A stretch of 64,000 nt of DNA, from positions 96,001-160,000 of the forward strand of contig CAVYRJ010000011.1 of assembly GCA_963770935.1 (NCBI GenBank). Reading direction: 5' to 3'. A program made the translations under genes and the position numbers. Numbering within the stretch: the first letter of the stretch is position 1; each line of letters begins with the position of its first letter. This DNA comes from Candidatus Bathyarchaeota archaeon. GTDB taxonomy: Archaea; Thermoproteota; Bathyarchaeia; Bathyarchaeales; Bathycorpusculaceae. Shown here in pieces: positions 10,481-20,581 of this stretch. The notes below the pieces were generated by a model. The model ran no database searches and was not told the DNA's origin. It saw nothing but the letters and a program-made list of their open reading frames with translations.

Positions 10481-11616
10481 TCTAACAGGGTTTCAACGAT
10501 TGAAACTGCTCGATCTAAACCCTTAAACTTGTTAGAGAACTCGCTTAAAACCGTCATATTTTTGTCGTAGGTTTCTTTTTCGATCTGCATTTTTTCGATT
10601 GCTTTTTTGAGTTGTTTTTTGTTCTTTGCTGTTATGGAGCAGTTTAGGTCTTGTAGTTTAGCTGCGTTGCCTAGCTGTTCGGGCTGGGTTGGGATGCAGA
10701 TGCTTGGTTTAGCATACTTGATGGTTTCAAAGCATGTTGCGTGTCCGCCGCTAAAAATCACAAATTTAGCATTTTTCATGGCTTCTTGTCGTTCTTCGTG
10801 CGAGAGCCATGTGTGGAGTTCGCAGTTGCCGATTTTCGTTGAAGCCTTCTTTCCTGGGGTGCCCAGACTTATAACGCATTTGGTTTTAAGTTTTCCAAGC
10901 ACAGGGAGAAGGGTTTTCAGAAGTTTTGCTCTTGTTCCCGTGGGTCCGCTGATTGGAGCAAAAATATGATCTTGGGAGCCCCTAACAGGTGCTGTGTCGA
11001 CGAAAGCTCCCACATACTCAGCGCTTCCGTTTAATCCTACATTCTCCAAGTTACCGATGTTATATTCGGAAACCGTATAGGGCGGTGGGTTGTCAGGGAT
11101 TATGATTTTTGAGCAATTCTTTACGTACCGTTCAACCACGCGTTCTCCCGGACTGAGAAGAGCCGAGAAACCGTAGCTTGGTCTAATCATGTTGGCGATG
11201 TATACTGAGGGAATTTTCCATCTTTGGGCAAGGCGAAGAGCGTTTATGTCGCCGTCAGCAATAAGGATGTCTGGCGCAATGTCATGGAGGTTTTCTCTTA
11301 AGTCATAGTAGCGGTGGATGGTTTCCATGGCATTGGAGGTCTTGAGTTCAAACTTTTTTTGCTCCATGTTAAAGAGTGGAAGTGGAACTAGGAGGTTGAG
11401 AAGTGATGCCGACGTGTTTATGCCGTGAGCATTTTCATACCAGGCAACTGGTGTGCACTCGTAAACATGACTGAACTCTTTTTGGAGCATCTCATAGGCT
11501 TTTTTACCTGAAAAAAAGAACAGTTCGTGACCGTTTTTCTCCAGCCGTTTCCCTAATGGAATAATTCGTGAAACGTGTCCTAATCCGAGTTCGGAGCAGC
11601 TGAGTAACAGTCGCAT
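10477..11616 (-). CDS. GT-B glycosyltransferase (GT28/MJ1255-like)
   Basis: GLGHVSR N-terminus; GGHAT..E, P..QPEQLGNA. Confidence 0.85.
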   Translation of the reverse strand: MRLLLSCSELGLGHVSRIIPLGKRLEKNGHELFFFSGKKAYEMLQKEFSHVYECTPVAWYENAHGINTSASLLNLLVPLPLFNMEQKKFELKTSNAMETIHRYYDLRENLHDIAPDILIADGDINALRLAQRWKIPSVYIANMIRPSYGFSALLSPGERVVERYVKNCSKIIIPDNPPPYTVSEYNIGNLENVGLNGSAEYVGAFVDTAPVRGSQDHIFAPISGPTGTRAKLLKTLLPVLGKLKTKCVISLGTPGKKASTKIGNCELHTWLSHEERQEAMKNAKFVIFSGGHATCFETIKYAKPSICIPTQPEQLGNAAKLQDLNCSITAKNKKQLKKAIEKMQIEKETYDKNMTVLSEFSNKFKGLDRAVSIVETLLD

Positions 11617-11709
11617 ATAGCATCAGTTAAGTGCAAGATTATATTTGAACTATCCCTTAATGGAGAAAAAAAGCAAGCATTTTAAGTTCAAAGCACCAAC
11701 ACTACAAGT

Positions 11710-12564
11710 ATGTTCATTCCAAGAAACCTATTAGAGGATAAACTTAGGCAAATCCTCGCCGACGACATCGGACAGGGCGATGTGACAGCGGCAGCAGTTA
11801 TTCCCTCAAATTTAATTGTCAAAGCAGAGCTTATTGCTAAAGAAGAGGGTGTAGTGGCTGGAATTGAAGAAGCAACTTTTTTTGCCGAAACCTTAGGGCT
11901 CAGCGTTAAAGCCAAGGTTTCTGACGGAGAAAAAATAAAAAACAAACAAGTCCTACTGCAGATTTCAGGTGATGCCCAAACAATCCTTTCAGTTGAGAGA
12001 ACAATGCTTAATCTTCTTTCGCGAATGAGCGGCATAGCAACCAAAACGCGAACGCTAACAGAGAGACTTGAGACGGCAAAGGTGAAAGCGAAAATTGCTG
12101 CAACACGCAAATCCGCCCCTGGACTGCTTTACTTCGACAAAAAAGCCGTAGTCATTGGAAGCGGTGACCCACATAGGCTGCATCTGGATGATATGATTCT
12201 GATTAAGGATAATCACCTTGTTATTGTTGGAAGCGTTGAGGAAGCCGTTAGAAAAGCTAAGGCTAATGCCTCTTTCACCAAAAAAATCGAGGTTGAAGTA
12301 ACTAATGTTGAGGATGCCTTGAAGGCAGCAAAAGTTGGAGCTGATATCGTTATGTTTGATAATTTTTCTCCAAAACAAGCCAAAGAAGCAAGCCAAGCGC
12401 TTAAGAAAGCGGGGTTTGGTAGCGTATTGCTTGAAGTTAGCGGCGGAATAATAGGCGATAACCTTTTGCAGTATGCGAAGGCAAATGTTGACATTATAAG
12501 TATGGGGGAAATAACTAACAGCGTAAAAGCGTTAGATATCAGTTTGGAAATATTGAAAAATTAA
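11710..12564 (+). CDS. nadC: Nicotinate-nucleotide pyrophosphorylase (quinolinate phosphoribosyltransferase)
   Basis: ERTMLN..SGIATKT, TRKSAPG, HRLHLDDMILIKDNH, IEVEV, MFDN, EVSGGI. Confidence 0.96.
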   Translation: MFIPRNLLEDKLRQILADDIGQGDVTAAAVIPSNLIVKAELIAKEEGVVAGIEEATFFAETLGLSVKAKVSDGEKIKNKQVLLQISGDAQTILSVERTMLNLLSRMSGIATKTRTLTERLETAKVKAKIAATRKSAPGLLYFDKKAVVIGSGDPHRLHLDDMILIKDNHLVIVGSVEEAVRKAKANASFTKKIEVEVTNVEDALKAAKVGADIVMFDNFSPKQAKEASQALKKAGFGSVLLEVSGGIIGDNLLQYAKANVDIISMGEITNSVKALDISLEILKN

Positions 12565-12580
12565 AAAGAAAGGGTGCTTT

Positions 12581-13165
12581 TTAGCCGAGAGCCGTTATTA
12601 CCCATGTTTCCACCAATGATGCAATAATAAGAAAGGCAGCAACGATTCCGATTAATATTGCAGTGTTTTTGAGTTCTCTCCATCGGCGTTGGGTTAATCT
12701 GCGAAACAGCCATATGCTTTCTGAGATACCGATAGAGTAGGAGACATATTCTAACAAAAACGTTAATCCTATACCAATTAATCCCAAGATTGCTGTGGTT
12801 AGTGAAATGTTGGGTACCGCTGCTGAAGCGGCAGTGACGCTTTGTAATCTGAGGGTGGCTCCTAAAGCGATACCAGTGTTTAGCATTACGAATAAGCCAA
12901 ATACGGCACCTGCAAGAGGAATAAACATCGCAAGGCAAAGCAGAAAGTTGTTTAAGAAAATATGCTGGATTAACGTGCCATTGGCGGTGTTATTAGTAAC
13001 CGTTTGGTTTAGGGTATCATTTATCAGTCTAGCGTATTCATCGCTTATTGGCACTAATGTACCTATTAATGTAGTCGCAATTGCGAGGATAAGCATGAAG
13101 ATTACTGAGTAGATTCTCTTGCGTTTAGGTGAAGCTTCTTTCCAGAACGAAAATGGAATATTCAT
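12581..13165 (-). CDS. SpoIIM-family membrane protein
   Basis: IFLNN motif, NTG, LE, IASLVET; multi-TM. Confidence 0.8.
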   Translation of the reverse strand: MNIPFSFWKEASPKRKRIYSVIFMLILAIATTLIGTLVPISDEYARLINDTLNQTVTNNTANGTLIQHIFLNNFLLCLAMFIPLAGAVFGLFVMLNTGIALGATLRLQSVTAASAAVPNISLTTAILGLIGIGLTFLLEYVSYSIGISESIWLFRRLTQRRWRELKNTAILIGIVAAFLIIASLVETWVITALG

Positions 13166-13177
13166 GTAGTTAACCTT

Positions 13178-13870
13178 CTATTTTTGCGGTTTAATTTTTA
13201 AAGCTCTGAATCCTCTTGCAATGGGATTTAACGTTTCAGACAATTTAACCTTTGTTAATACTCCTTGCGTATCCACGCTGAATCCGCGTACGTCATGCTC
13301 GTTTGCGATAAGCGAATGAAGATACACCCCGTTACCCAGGAATCTGGGTTGGCACATCAGCGGCAACCCCAACAAAACATTCTCTTTCTCATCCATTGCT
13401 TTTTGGGCAGCAAACAGAATCGCTTCTGCCCCAGCAGTCAACTCAGCTATCCGTACAGCCACGCTTTCTTTGCCAATAGCCAACATGTCTATGCCATGAA
13501 GCCGCTTGATTTCACAGGCGATTTTTCTGAGCTTTGGCAGAATCTTGAGAATGTTCTGTCTTCCTTTACTTGATGCTCGAAGGTTCATGAGCTCAACAGG
13601 TGATAGCTCTTCGACTGAAACTCCTCCAAGCGACATATCCAAATGCACAACATCAGCCTTCATTTTATCGAGTAAGCTTCTGCAGAGCTCAGCTTCATGC
13701 ACAATCACATCAAATCCAGTTTCAACTTCTCTAAAAATCGGTTCAGCTAACCGAAATGATGGTTCCCTATAGGGTGGTTCAACCAATACCGAAACAGAAG
13801 CAACATGGCAGACGGGGTTAAACTGATCGTCTAGTGTAGCTGCCGCAGAATCTGCTGAAATAATTTTCAA
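13178..13870 (-). CDS. DUF4152-family archaeal protein (RNase H-like fold)
   Basis: MKIISADS, VLVEPPY, DVVHLDMSLGG, AIGKESVAVRIAEL. Confidence 0.7.
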   Translation of the reverse strand: MKIISADSAAATLDDQFNPVCHVASVSVLVEPPYREPSFRLAEPIFREVETGFDVIVHEAELCRSLLDKMKADVVHLDMSLGGVSVEELSPVELMNLRASSKGRQNILKILPKLRKIACEIKRLHGIDMLAIGKESVAVRIAELTAGAEAILFAAQKAMDEKENVLLGLPLMCQPRFLGNGVYLHSLIANEHDVRGFSVDTQGVLTKVKLSETLNPIARGFRALKIKPQK

Positions 13871-13908
13871 ATTTTACACCTAACAATATAGTGAGATTTG
13901 AGCAGAAA

Positions 13909-14550
13909 TTAATTTTCCCCTTCACATTCACGAGCCGTCTTTAAGCCCAAAGCTAAAAGGTACATTTCACTGCTTTGTTGGCGGCTTGCCTGAGGTTTCA
14001 CCAACTTGACCTCCTCAAAGAGCGTTTTTATATTTAACAGGAAGTCATTGAGTAGGTCACCTTCGAAGACTTTGACAAAAAAGTTCCCGTTTGGTCTTAG
14101 CACACATTGGGCGATTTCGAGGGCTTGGGTGGCTAAGTCAATTTGTCTTGCGTGGTCAACTTCCCATACACCCGTGATGTTTGGGGCAGCATCACAGAGA
14201 ACTACGTCTGCTTTTCGCGGAATAAACGAGATGATTTGATCAACAATTCCTGGCTCAGTGAAGTCGGCGATAATTGTTCGGATGTATTCCTGAGTGAAAG
14301 GTTCAATTGCCTTTAAGTCAATACCTAAAACGAAGCCATGTTTGCCCGTCATTTTTCTTGCTGCTTGAATCCAGCCACCGGGAGCCGCGCCTAAATCAAC
14401 AACTACATCGCGTAATTTAATGAAGCCATATTTCTCGTTAGCTTGAACCAGCTTGTATATGGATCGGCTGCGATAGTTTTCTTCTTTAGCTTTTTTATAA
14501 TAATATTCGTTTTTTCTTTCACGTATCCAAGCTTTCGGCAACGGAATCAT
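13909..14550 (-). CDS. rlmE: 23S rRNA (uridine-2'-O)-methyltransferase RlmE/FtsJ
   Basis: YRSRSIYKL, VDLGAAPGGW, DAAPNITG, KVFEG, KPQASR..SSEMY. Confidence 0.95.
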   Translation of the reverse strand: MIPLPKAWIRERKNEYYYKKAKEENYRSRSIYKLVQANEKYGFIKLRDVVVDLGAAPGGWIQAARKMTGKHGFVLGIDLKAIEPFTQEYIRTIIADFTEPGIVDQIISFIPRKADVVLCDAAPNITGVWEVDHARQIDLATQALEIAQCVLRPNGNFFVKVFEGDLLNDFLLNIKTLFEEVKLVKPQASRQQSSEMYLLALGLKTARECEGEN

Positions 14551-14959
14551 CCTCGGGCATGCTGGGTTCTGATACGTCTGCGCTTGGACCTTCAGGAGTA
14601 ACTGGAGCTTCTTTTCCCAAGTTAAGTATCCAATCGGTTAGTTTTGGGCAACTTTTCGGTGAAAGAGCAGTTGTTGGGTCGCATCTTGCGTTGTCTGGGC
14701 AAAGAAGGCATGGGCAGTCTACGATGGTTTCTATTGATGCAGGCAACCTTTTAGGGTAGAGCCTGTATGTCCATCTGCCTTCTTGGAGTTCTTTTTCCCT
14801 GCGGATAAGTCCTTTCTCTTCAAGTTTGATTGAGACGCGTGAGCCTTCGCGGCTGCTTGCGCCGAGTTCACGCCATAAATCTGATTGAAGAACACCCTGA
14901 TAGCCTGTACCGACGACGTAGTGGAGTGCTTTCTGTTCAAGGTCATTGCGTTTAGGCAT
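14519..14959 (-). CDS. Transcription factor E subunit beta (RPC34/RPC39-like wHTH + Fe-S domain)
   Basis: GVLQSDLWRELG wHTH followed by CPCLLCPDNARC...SPKSCPKLTDW four-Cys motif. Confidence 0.82.
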   Translation of the reverse strand: MPKRNDLEQKALHYVVGTGYQGVLQSDLWRELGASSREGSRVSIKLEEKGLIRREKELQEGRWTYRLYPKRLPASIETIVDCPCLLCPDNARCDPTTALSPKSCPKLTDWILNLGKEAPVTPEGPSADVSEPSMPEDDSVAESLDT

Positions 14960-15028
14960 TTAGATCAGTTCCAAATAATACAGTAATATAAGCGTTGGAT
15001 TCACATAAAAATATGTATCCCCAGTTAA

Positions 15029-16069
15029 ATGTGGAATGACATGAAAAAGGCAAAGAAAACTGATTTGGGCAATTACTGCTTGGGCATCGAATCCTCAGCT
15101 GACGACTTCGGAGTTGGCATAGCCACGTTTGGCGGTGAAATCTTAGCTAACAAATCCGACGGATATATCCCAGCGGAAGGCGGAATCCACCCTAGAGAGG
15201 CAGCAAGGCACCATGCGGAAGTAGCCGATAAGGTGCTTAAGGAGGCTTTTTCAAAAGCCGGCGTAAAACCCGACGAATTAACGGTTATCGCGTTTTCTCA
15301 GGGACCAGGCTTAGGACCATCGTTGCGTACGGGAGCAACCGTCGCGCGAGCTTTGGCATCGTACCTTAAGGTTCCACTCGTAGGTGTCAACCATTCGGTA
15401 GCCCACATAGAAATCGGAAAACTTAAAACAGGCGCTCAAGACCCCGTGACGCTCTACGCTTCAGGAGGCAACACAATGGTTACCGCCTTCGAATCGGGAC
15501 GCTACCGCGTGTTCGGCGAAACCTTAGATATTGCGCTTGGCAACTGTTTGGACGTTTTTGCTCGGGAAGCAGGGCTTAAGCACAAGAAGGGTTTGCCGCT
15601 TGGCGCATCCGTTGAGCAGTTGGCGGCTAAAGGTGAAAAGCTGGTTTCTTTGCCGTATGTGGTCAAGGGCATGGATTTGTCGCTTAGCGGCTTGTTAACA
15701 GCGGCAACAACTGTGCTACAGAAGGGTGATTGCAGGCTGGAGGATTTGTGTTACAGTCTCCAAGAACACGCCTTCTCAATGGTTACTGAAGTTACTGAAC
15801 GGGCGTTGGCACATACCGAAAAAAAGGAGGTCTTGCTGACTGGAGGAGTGGCGGCAAACAAACGTCTACAATCAATGCTTGCCATAATCGCTGAGGAGCA
15901 TGATGCCCGCTTCAATGTGGTTCCGCTGGAGTTTGCTACTGACAACGGCGCCATGATTGCATGGACAGGAACCTTAGCCTATCGGCATGGGTTAGTTACG
16001 CCTGTTGATGAGAGTTTTGTGAAGTTACGTTGGAGAGTCGACAAGGTGGATGTGCCATGGATACAATAG
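15029..16069 (+). CDS. kae1: KEOPS tRNA N6-threonylcarbamoyltransferase Kae1
   Basis: LGIESSAD, GGIHPREAARHH, GPGLG, VNHSVAHIE, SGGNT, GGVAAN, DNGAMIA. Confidence 0.96.
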   Translation: MWNDMKKAKKTDLGNYCLGIESSADDFGVGIATFGGEILANKSDGYIPAEGGIHPREAARHHAEVADKVLKEAFSKAGVKPDELTVIAFSQGPGLGPSLRTGATVARALASYLKVPLVGVNHSVAHIEIGKLKTGAQDPVTLYASGGNTMVTAFESGRYRVFGETLDIALGNCLDVFAREAGLKHKKGLPLGASVEQLAAKGEKLVSLPYVVKGMDLSLSGLLTAATTVLQKGDCRLEDLCYSLQEHAFSMVTEVTERALAHTEKKEVLLTGGVAANKRLQSMLAIIAEEHDARFNVVPLEFATDNGAMIAWTGTLAYRHGLVTPVDESFVKLRWRVDKVDVPWIQ

Positions 16070-16728
16070 ATAAAGTAGACACGGCAAAGCTGCTTAAGAA
16101 AGGCGCCGAAGCCAGCCTTTTCCTTGCTGGATTGGCATGAACGAAAAGTAATCGTTAAAGTCCGAATTCCAAAAAGGTACCGCCCGCCAGCACTGGATGA
16201 GCGGATTCGAAGTTACCGCACGGTGCATGAGCCTCAGTTGATGCATGAAGCCAAAGCCGCTGGGGTGCCGACGCCGCTGATTTACATGGTAAACGTACCA
16301 CGAATCCTCAATTATCATGGAGTACATTGAAGGGCAGCAAGTAAAACAGGTTCTAAACAGGGTTTCCAAAGCGGAGCGCCATGACTTATGCGTTAAAATC
16401 GGCGAATCCATCGCAAGACTCCACAGACATGGCTTAATCCATGGCGACCTAACGACCTCCAACATGATACTAAGTCCCAAAGGAGAAGTTTTCTTTGTCG
16501 ACTTTGGTTTAGGCGAAAAAAACATCGAACTCGAAGCGCAAGGCGTGGATTTGCATTTGCTCAAGCGTGCATTGCAGAGTACGCACTTCCAGCATTGGGA
16601 AGAATGCTTCCAAAACGTGCTTGTGCGGCTACACATCCATTTTAGGCGTGCAAGTGGCGGAAAAGGTTTATGAGAAAATCAGGGAAATAGAGAGGCGTGG
16701 GCGCTATGTTGAAGAACGCAAACAATGA
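16057..16728 (+). CDS. bud32: KEOPS kinase Bud32 (apparent frameshifts)
   Basis: Pieces in three frames: KKGAEA, K.R.PK.YR, HGDLTTSN, DFGL, DLHLL, IERRGRY. Confidence 0.88.
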
Positions 16729-17370
16729 AGTATGCCAAATTCCCAAACGCAAGGTTGTCTTTTTTGCAACGGGCAACATCAACAAATTCAATGAGGCACG
16801 AAGCATCCTTAGCCAACATGGCCTCGCAGTCGGCATGCTCAAGCTGAAAGGGGACGAAATACAGAGCGAGAGCCTAAAAGAAATCGCACAAAAAAGCGTC
16901 ATAAAATGCTTATCAGACGGTGCCGCTTACCGATTTTTGTGGAGGACGCAGGCTTATTTATCGATGCCTTAAGCGGTTTTCCCGGTCCATACGCCGCTTA
17001 CGTTTACCACACTATCCACAACAGCGGTATCCTAAAACTCATGGAGAACTGGTAGAATAGGCATGCTAAATTCCAATCCGTCATAGCCTACTGCGACGAA
17101 CAAACCACTTGCGAACCTATATGTTTCGAGGGCGAATCCAAGGGCGAAATAACCTTGGCTGAACGCAAAGAACAGGGCAAGTCAGGTTTCGGCTTTGACC
17201 CAATCTTCCAGCCAGAAGGCAGCGACAAAACGTTTGCGGAAATGACTATCGAGGAAAAGAACGGTTACTCGCACAGGGCGATGGCTATACGCAAATTTGC
17301 TGAATGGTACATGAAACAGATAAGCCTAAGAGCTCAATTTGCACAAAACAAAATTTTATATTGGTATTGA
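16725..17370 (+). CDS. rdgB: XTP/dITP diphosphatase RdgB/HAM1 (apparent frameshifts)
   Basis: [43 protein letters not shown]. Confidence 0.88.
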
Positions 17371-17402
17371 TGCATAAGCAGAATTGGTGAGAGTGCAATT
17401 AT

Positions 17403-17912
17403 ATGATTCGAAATGCCGCAAGAGTCAAGTCTCCTTATGAGGGCTTAATTACTGCCTTAGCCATAGGCGGATTCTTCGTCATATTGGGTTCTGTCTTTGC
17501 CTTTACACCCGGAATCGTACAGGATTCAAACGCGTTCGTTTCAGACTTAACAACAGTATCGTTTCCGTTTGGCAGTCCAGGTTCAACAATGAGCCTGCTA
17601 GGTCCAGCGAACCCAGCCGACCATCAGGACTTCTACACTGCAGTCATGAATTTCCTTATAGGCGTCGGGGTTCTGCAAATCGTAGTTTTAGCCCTCAGGT
17701 TGGCGGTGCATTCGCGGACTAGTCGGATAGCTGAAAGTGTTGGCGACTTGATATTTTGGCTGGGTGCCGCAGCTGTGGCAAACATTTTCCTATTAGCAGG
17801 AACACTCAACAGCTGGTTCCAATTCTGGTCAGCATTAATCATTCTCATCGGTCTATCGTTGATTGGGCGGTTCTTCGTGCATATGGCAGGCAAGTTCCGA
17901 CGGCACGAATAA
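17403..17912 (+). CDS. Hypothetical 4-TM membrane protein (paralog of 36769-37272)
   Basis: Hydrophobic helices; PANPADH...RIAESVGDLIFWLG motif. Confidence 0.7.
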   Translation: MIRNAARVKSPYEGLITALAIGGFFVILGSVFAFTPGIVQDSNAFVSDLTTVSFPFGSPGSTMSLLGPANPADHQDFYTAVMNFLIGVGVLQIVVLALRLAVHSRTSRIAESVGDLIFWLGAAAVANIFLLAGTLNSWFQFWSALIILIGLSLIGRFFVHMAGKFRRHE

Positions 17913-18001
17913 GAGAGGTAAAAATTTCGGATTTTTCTCTTAAAGGGATTACTTTTAAATATTCGTTGGGTGTGGATAAGGGTGCAGTTTAAGGTGTAAG
18001 C

Positions 18002-18442
18002 ATGCCAAAGCAAGAAAAAGGGAAATCCCATTCAATGCGCCCAGTCAGCAGGCGTCCTCCAAGCTGGTGCAAGTATCAGCCTGAAGAAGTAGATTCATTC
18101 ATAATTAAACTGGCTAAAGAAGGCCACTCACTAAGCGCAATAGGCACAATTCTAAGAGATCAATATGCTATTCCATTGGTGAAACCAATAACGGGCAAGA
18201 GCATAAGCGATACGCTAAAAGCAGCAAACTTGGCTCCAACCATGCCTGAAGACCTATCCAACCTCATGAAAAAGGCGCAGAGCCTCGCCGTCCACATGGA
18301 CAAAAACAAGAAAGACCTCCACAACAAACGCAACATGCAAATCATCGAAGCCCAAATCCACAAGCTATCCCGCTACTACAAGCGTGAGGGCGTTATCGCT
18401 AAGAACTGGAAGTACGTGCCAAAAATCGCTTCCGTAACCTAA
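18002..18442 (+). CDS. rps15: 30S ribosomal protein uS15 (S13e)
   Basis: GKSHSMRP..PPSW, IGTILRDQY, PEDL, KDLHNKR, SRYYK. Confidence 0.96.
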   Translation: MPKQEKGKSHSMRPVSRRPPSWCKYQPEEVDSFIIKLAKEGHSLSAIGTILRDQYAIPLVKPITGKSISDTLKAANLAPTMPEDLSNLMKKAQSLAVHMDKNKKDLHNKRNMQIIEAQIHKLSRYYKREGVIAKNWKYVPKIASVT

Positions 18443-18519
18443 ACTTTTCTTTCTATTTTAGATTTTATCTATTTCTTATACGCCAGCTTTAAATCCCATC
18501 AGCCCTTTTAGGCAAAGAA

Positions 18520-19995
18520 GTGATTAGGATGGCAATGCAGCAAAAATCCATCGAAGGCTTCTTAGAGGCAGAAAACGAAGCGGCAAAGGTAATTTTGGAA
18601 ACTGTCAAGAAAGACGGCTTTGTTTTGGTGTTTTCGCATTTGGATGCAGATGGGGTAGCAGCTGCAGGCGTCATAGGTAAAATGCTCTATCGACTCAATG
18701 CACGTTTCCGAATTCGAGTGATGCAGTGGGTTGATGACAAAATCATCGGCGAAGTCATCGCAGACAAACCGCAACTGGTTATTTTGACTGATTTTGGAAG
18801 TGGCTATCTGGACTTGCTAAACGAGAAAATCCCAAATGTTAAGGTTGTAATTCTTGATCACCATCAAATAACCAGCAAAGTTGTTAACCCAAATTTTGTG
18901 CAGGTTAACCCGCACCTCTTCGGCATCGATGGGGCGACAGATGTTAGCGGTTCAGGCGTGGCTTATTTTGCTGCTAGGGCTGTGAATTCGGCAAACATGG
19001 ATTTAGCACCTATAGCCTTGGTTGGCGCCTTGGGTGACATGCAGGACAAGTATGAACAACGCAGCCTACAAAGCCTAAACGAAATAATAGTTAACGATGG
19101 GGTCTCAACTGGCTTGTTAAAAGTTGAGAAGGACTTAATTTTCTTCGGTCGAGAAACAAGACCCATCTACAAGATGTTAGCTACCACAACTAACCCGTTT
19201 ATTCCAGGACTTAGCGGTCAAGAAACTGAAGCATTAAATTTTGTAGCAAACCTAGGCATTCCCCTCAAGCAGGGTGACAAGCTGAGGGCTCTTTGTGACT
19301 TAACCAACGAAGAGCGGAAACGGCTCTGTTCTGCTCTTGCTGACTACCTGCTATCTAGGGGGTTGCACATGGAAGTTGAAAACCTTATTGGCTACGTTTA
19401 TGTTTTGACTAAGGAAGAACCCAACACGGCGCTTCGTGATGGACGGGAATTCGCGGTTGTTTTGAATTCGGCAGGACGTATGGACCGTCCAAGCCTCGGC
19501 ATCGCTATCTGTATGGGCGACCGTAAAGCAGCTCTTGAAGAATCCAACAAAATTCTTGAAGACTACCGCAAGAACATTAACAAATACCTTGGTTGGGTAA
19601 GCGAAAAACCTGAACGTATGCGTGAACTCCAAAACATATATGTCATCTACGGGGAGAACTTTATCAACGAAAAAATCATCGGCACTGTTTCCTCCATTAT
19701 TGTGTCAAGTCTTGCCAACAACGAAAAACCGCTCTTAGCGTTTGCTAACATCGAGGCAGAGAAAGCGGCAAAGTTTTCCGGCAGAACAACCGAAGCTGCA
19801 CTGCGCAAAGGCGTCAACCTAGGAGATGTTATGCGTCTTGCTTCTGAAGCCAACGGCGGAAAGGGGGGAGGACACAACATCGCAGCAGGCGCACAAGTAC
19901 CTTTGGATAAGATTGAGGCTTTTCTGAAGTTGGCAGATGAGTTGATTGGAAGGCAATTGAAGGGGGAGAAGCTTGCAAGCAACAATAACGCTTGA
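18520..19995 (+). CDS. DHH-family phosphoesterase (RecJ-like)
   Basis: HLDADG, TDFG, LDHH, GALGDMQ, GGGHNIAAG; conserved rps15-DHH-Pcc1 order. Confidence 0.92.
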   Translation: MIRMAMQQKSIEGFLEAENEAAKVILETVKKDGFVLVFSHLDADGVAAAGVIGKMLYRLNARFRIRVMQWVDDKIIGEVIADKPQLVILTDFGSGYLDLLNEKIPNVKVVILDHHQITSKVVNPNFVQVNPHLFGIDGATDVSGSGVAYFAARAVNSANMDLAPIALVGALGDMQDKYEQRSLQSLNEIIVNDGVSTGLLKVEKDLIFFGRETRPIYKMLATTTNPFIPGLSGQETEALNFVANLGIPLKQGDKLRALCDLTNEERKRLCSALADYLLSRGLHMEVENLIGYVYVLTKEEPNTALRDGREFAVVLNSAGRMDRPSLGIAICMGDRKAALEESNKILEDYRKNINKYLGWVSEKPERMRELQNIYVIYGENFINEKIIGTVSSIIVSSLANNEKPLLAFANIEAEKAAKFSGRTTEAALRKGVNLGDVMRLASEANGGKGGGHNIAAGAQVPLDKIEAFLKLADELIGRQLKGEKLASNNNA

Positions 19996-20224
19996 GTACA
20001 AAAGCGAGAAAACCGCGCAGGCTGTTTCAGAGGCGGTTTCGCCTGACAACTTCAAAACCCCAGTTGGGCTACAAGTTAAGACCATACGAGAAAAAAACAA
20101 AGTCATAACAGAAATAGACTGCGAAGGTAAACTCGTAACCTTCACAGCAACCATAGACGATTTGCTCTTTAGTGCATCGACCGCAGAAAAAACTCTTTAT
20201 ACAATAAACAAAATCAAAACCTAA
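19973..20224 (+). CDS. pcc1: KEOPS subunit Pcc1
   Basis: 83 aa, AVSPDN motif, TFTATIDDLL; operon context. Confidence 0.85.
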   Translation: MQATITLEYKSEKTAQAVSEAVSPDNFKTPVGLQVKTIREKNKVITEIDCEGKLVTFTATIDDLLFSASTAEKTLYTINKIKT

Positions 20225-20285
20225 GTTATCGCTGCCTTAAATTTTAAATATAAAAACCGTGAAAATTAGTCGAACTTTGATAAAC

Positions 20286-20520
20286 ATGCCCAAAATATCC
20301 GTTAAATTCGCTTTATCCATCTATTCACTGTTCATCGGCTTATATAATGATGATCTTTTGGATAGCTCTCGTCACAACGAACCAGATTTTGCCTGAGCAG
20401 ATTCCTTGGGCTATCTCGTTCCATTTGGCAGGAGAATTCGCAACAGCCCTTTTGCTGATTGTTTCCGGGGTGGGTTTATGGAAAAGTAAGGGTTGGACAA
20501 AGATCACTAATCTAAAGAAA
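20286..20520 (+). pseudogene. Truncated/frameshifted small membrane protein
   Basis: Hydrophobic ORF pieces (FHLAGEFATALLLIVSG) that lose coherence before the convergent gene. Confidence 0.35.
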
Positions 20521-20581
20521 GAACGGTTAGGCGAAATTACATATGCCAACGTTAACCCTGTTTTTCGCTCAAGTTTTTTCT

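Noticed and set aside
17053-17055. In-frame TAG in rdgB as pyrrolysine readthrough
   Set aside because: It lies in an error-rich stretch at a non-catalytic position, and no pyl genes are seen.
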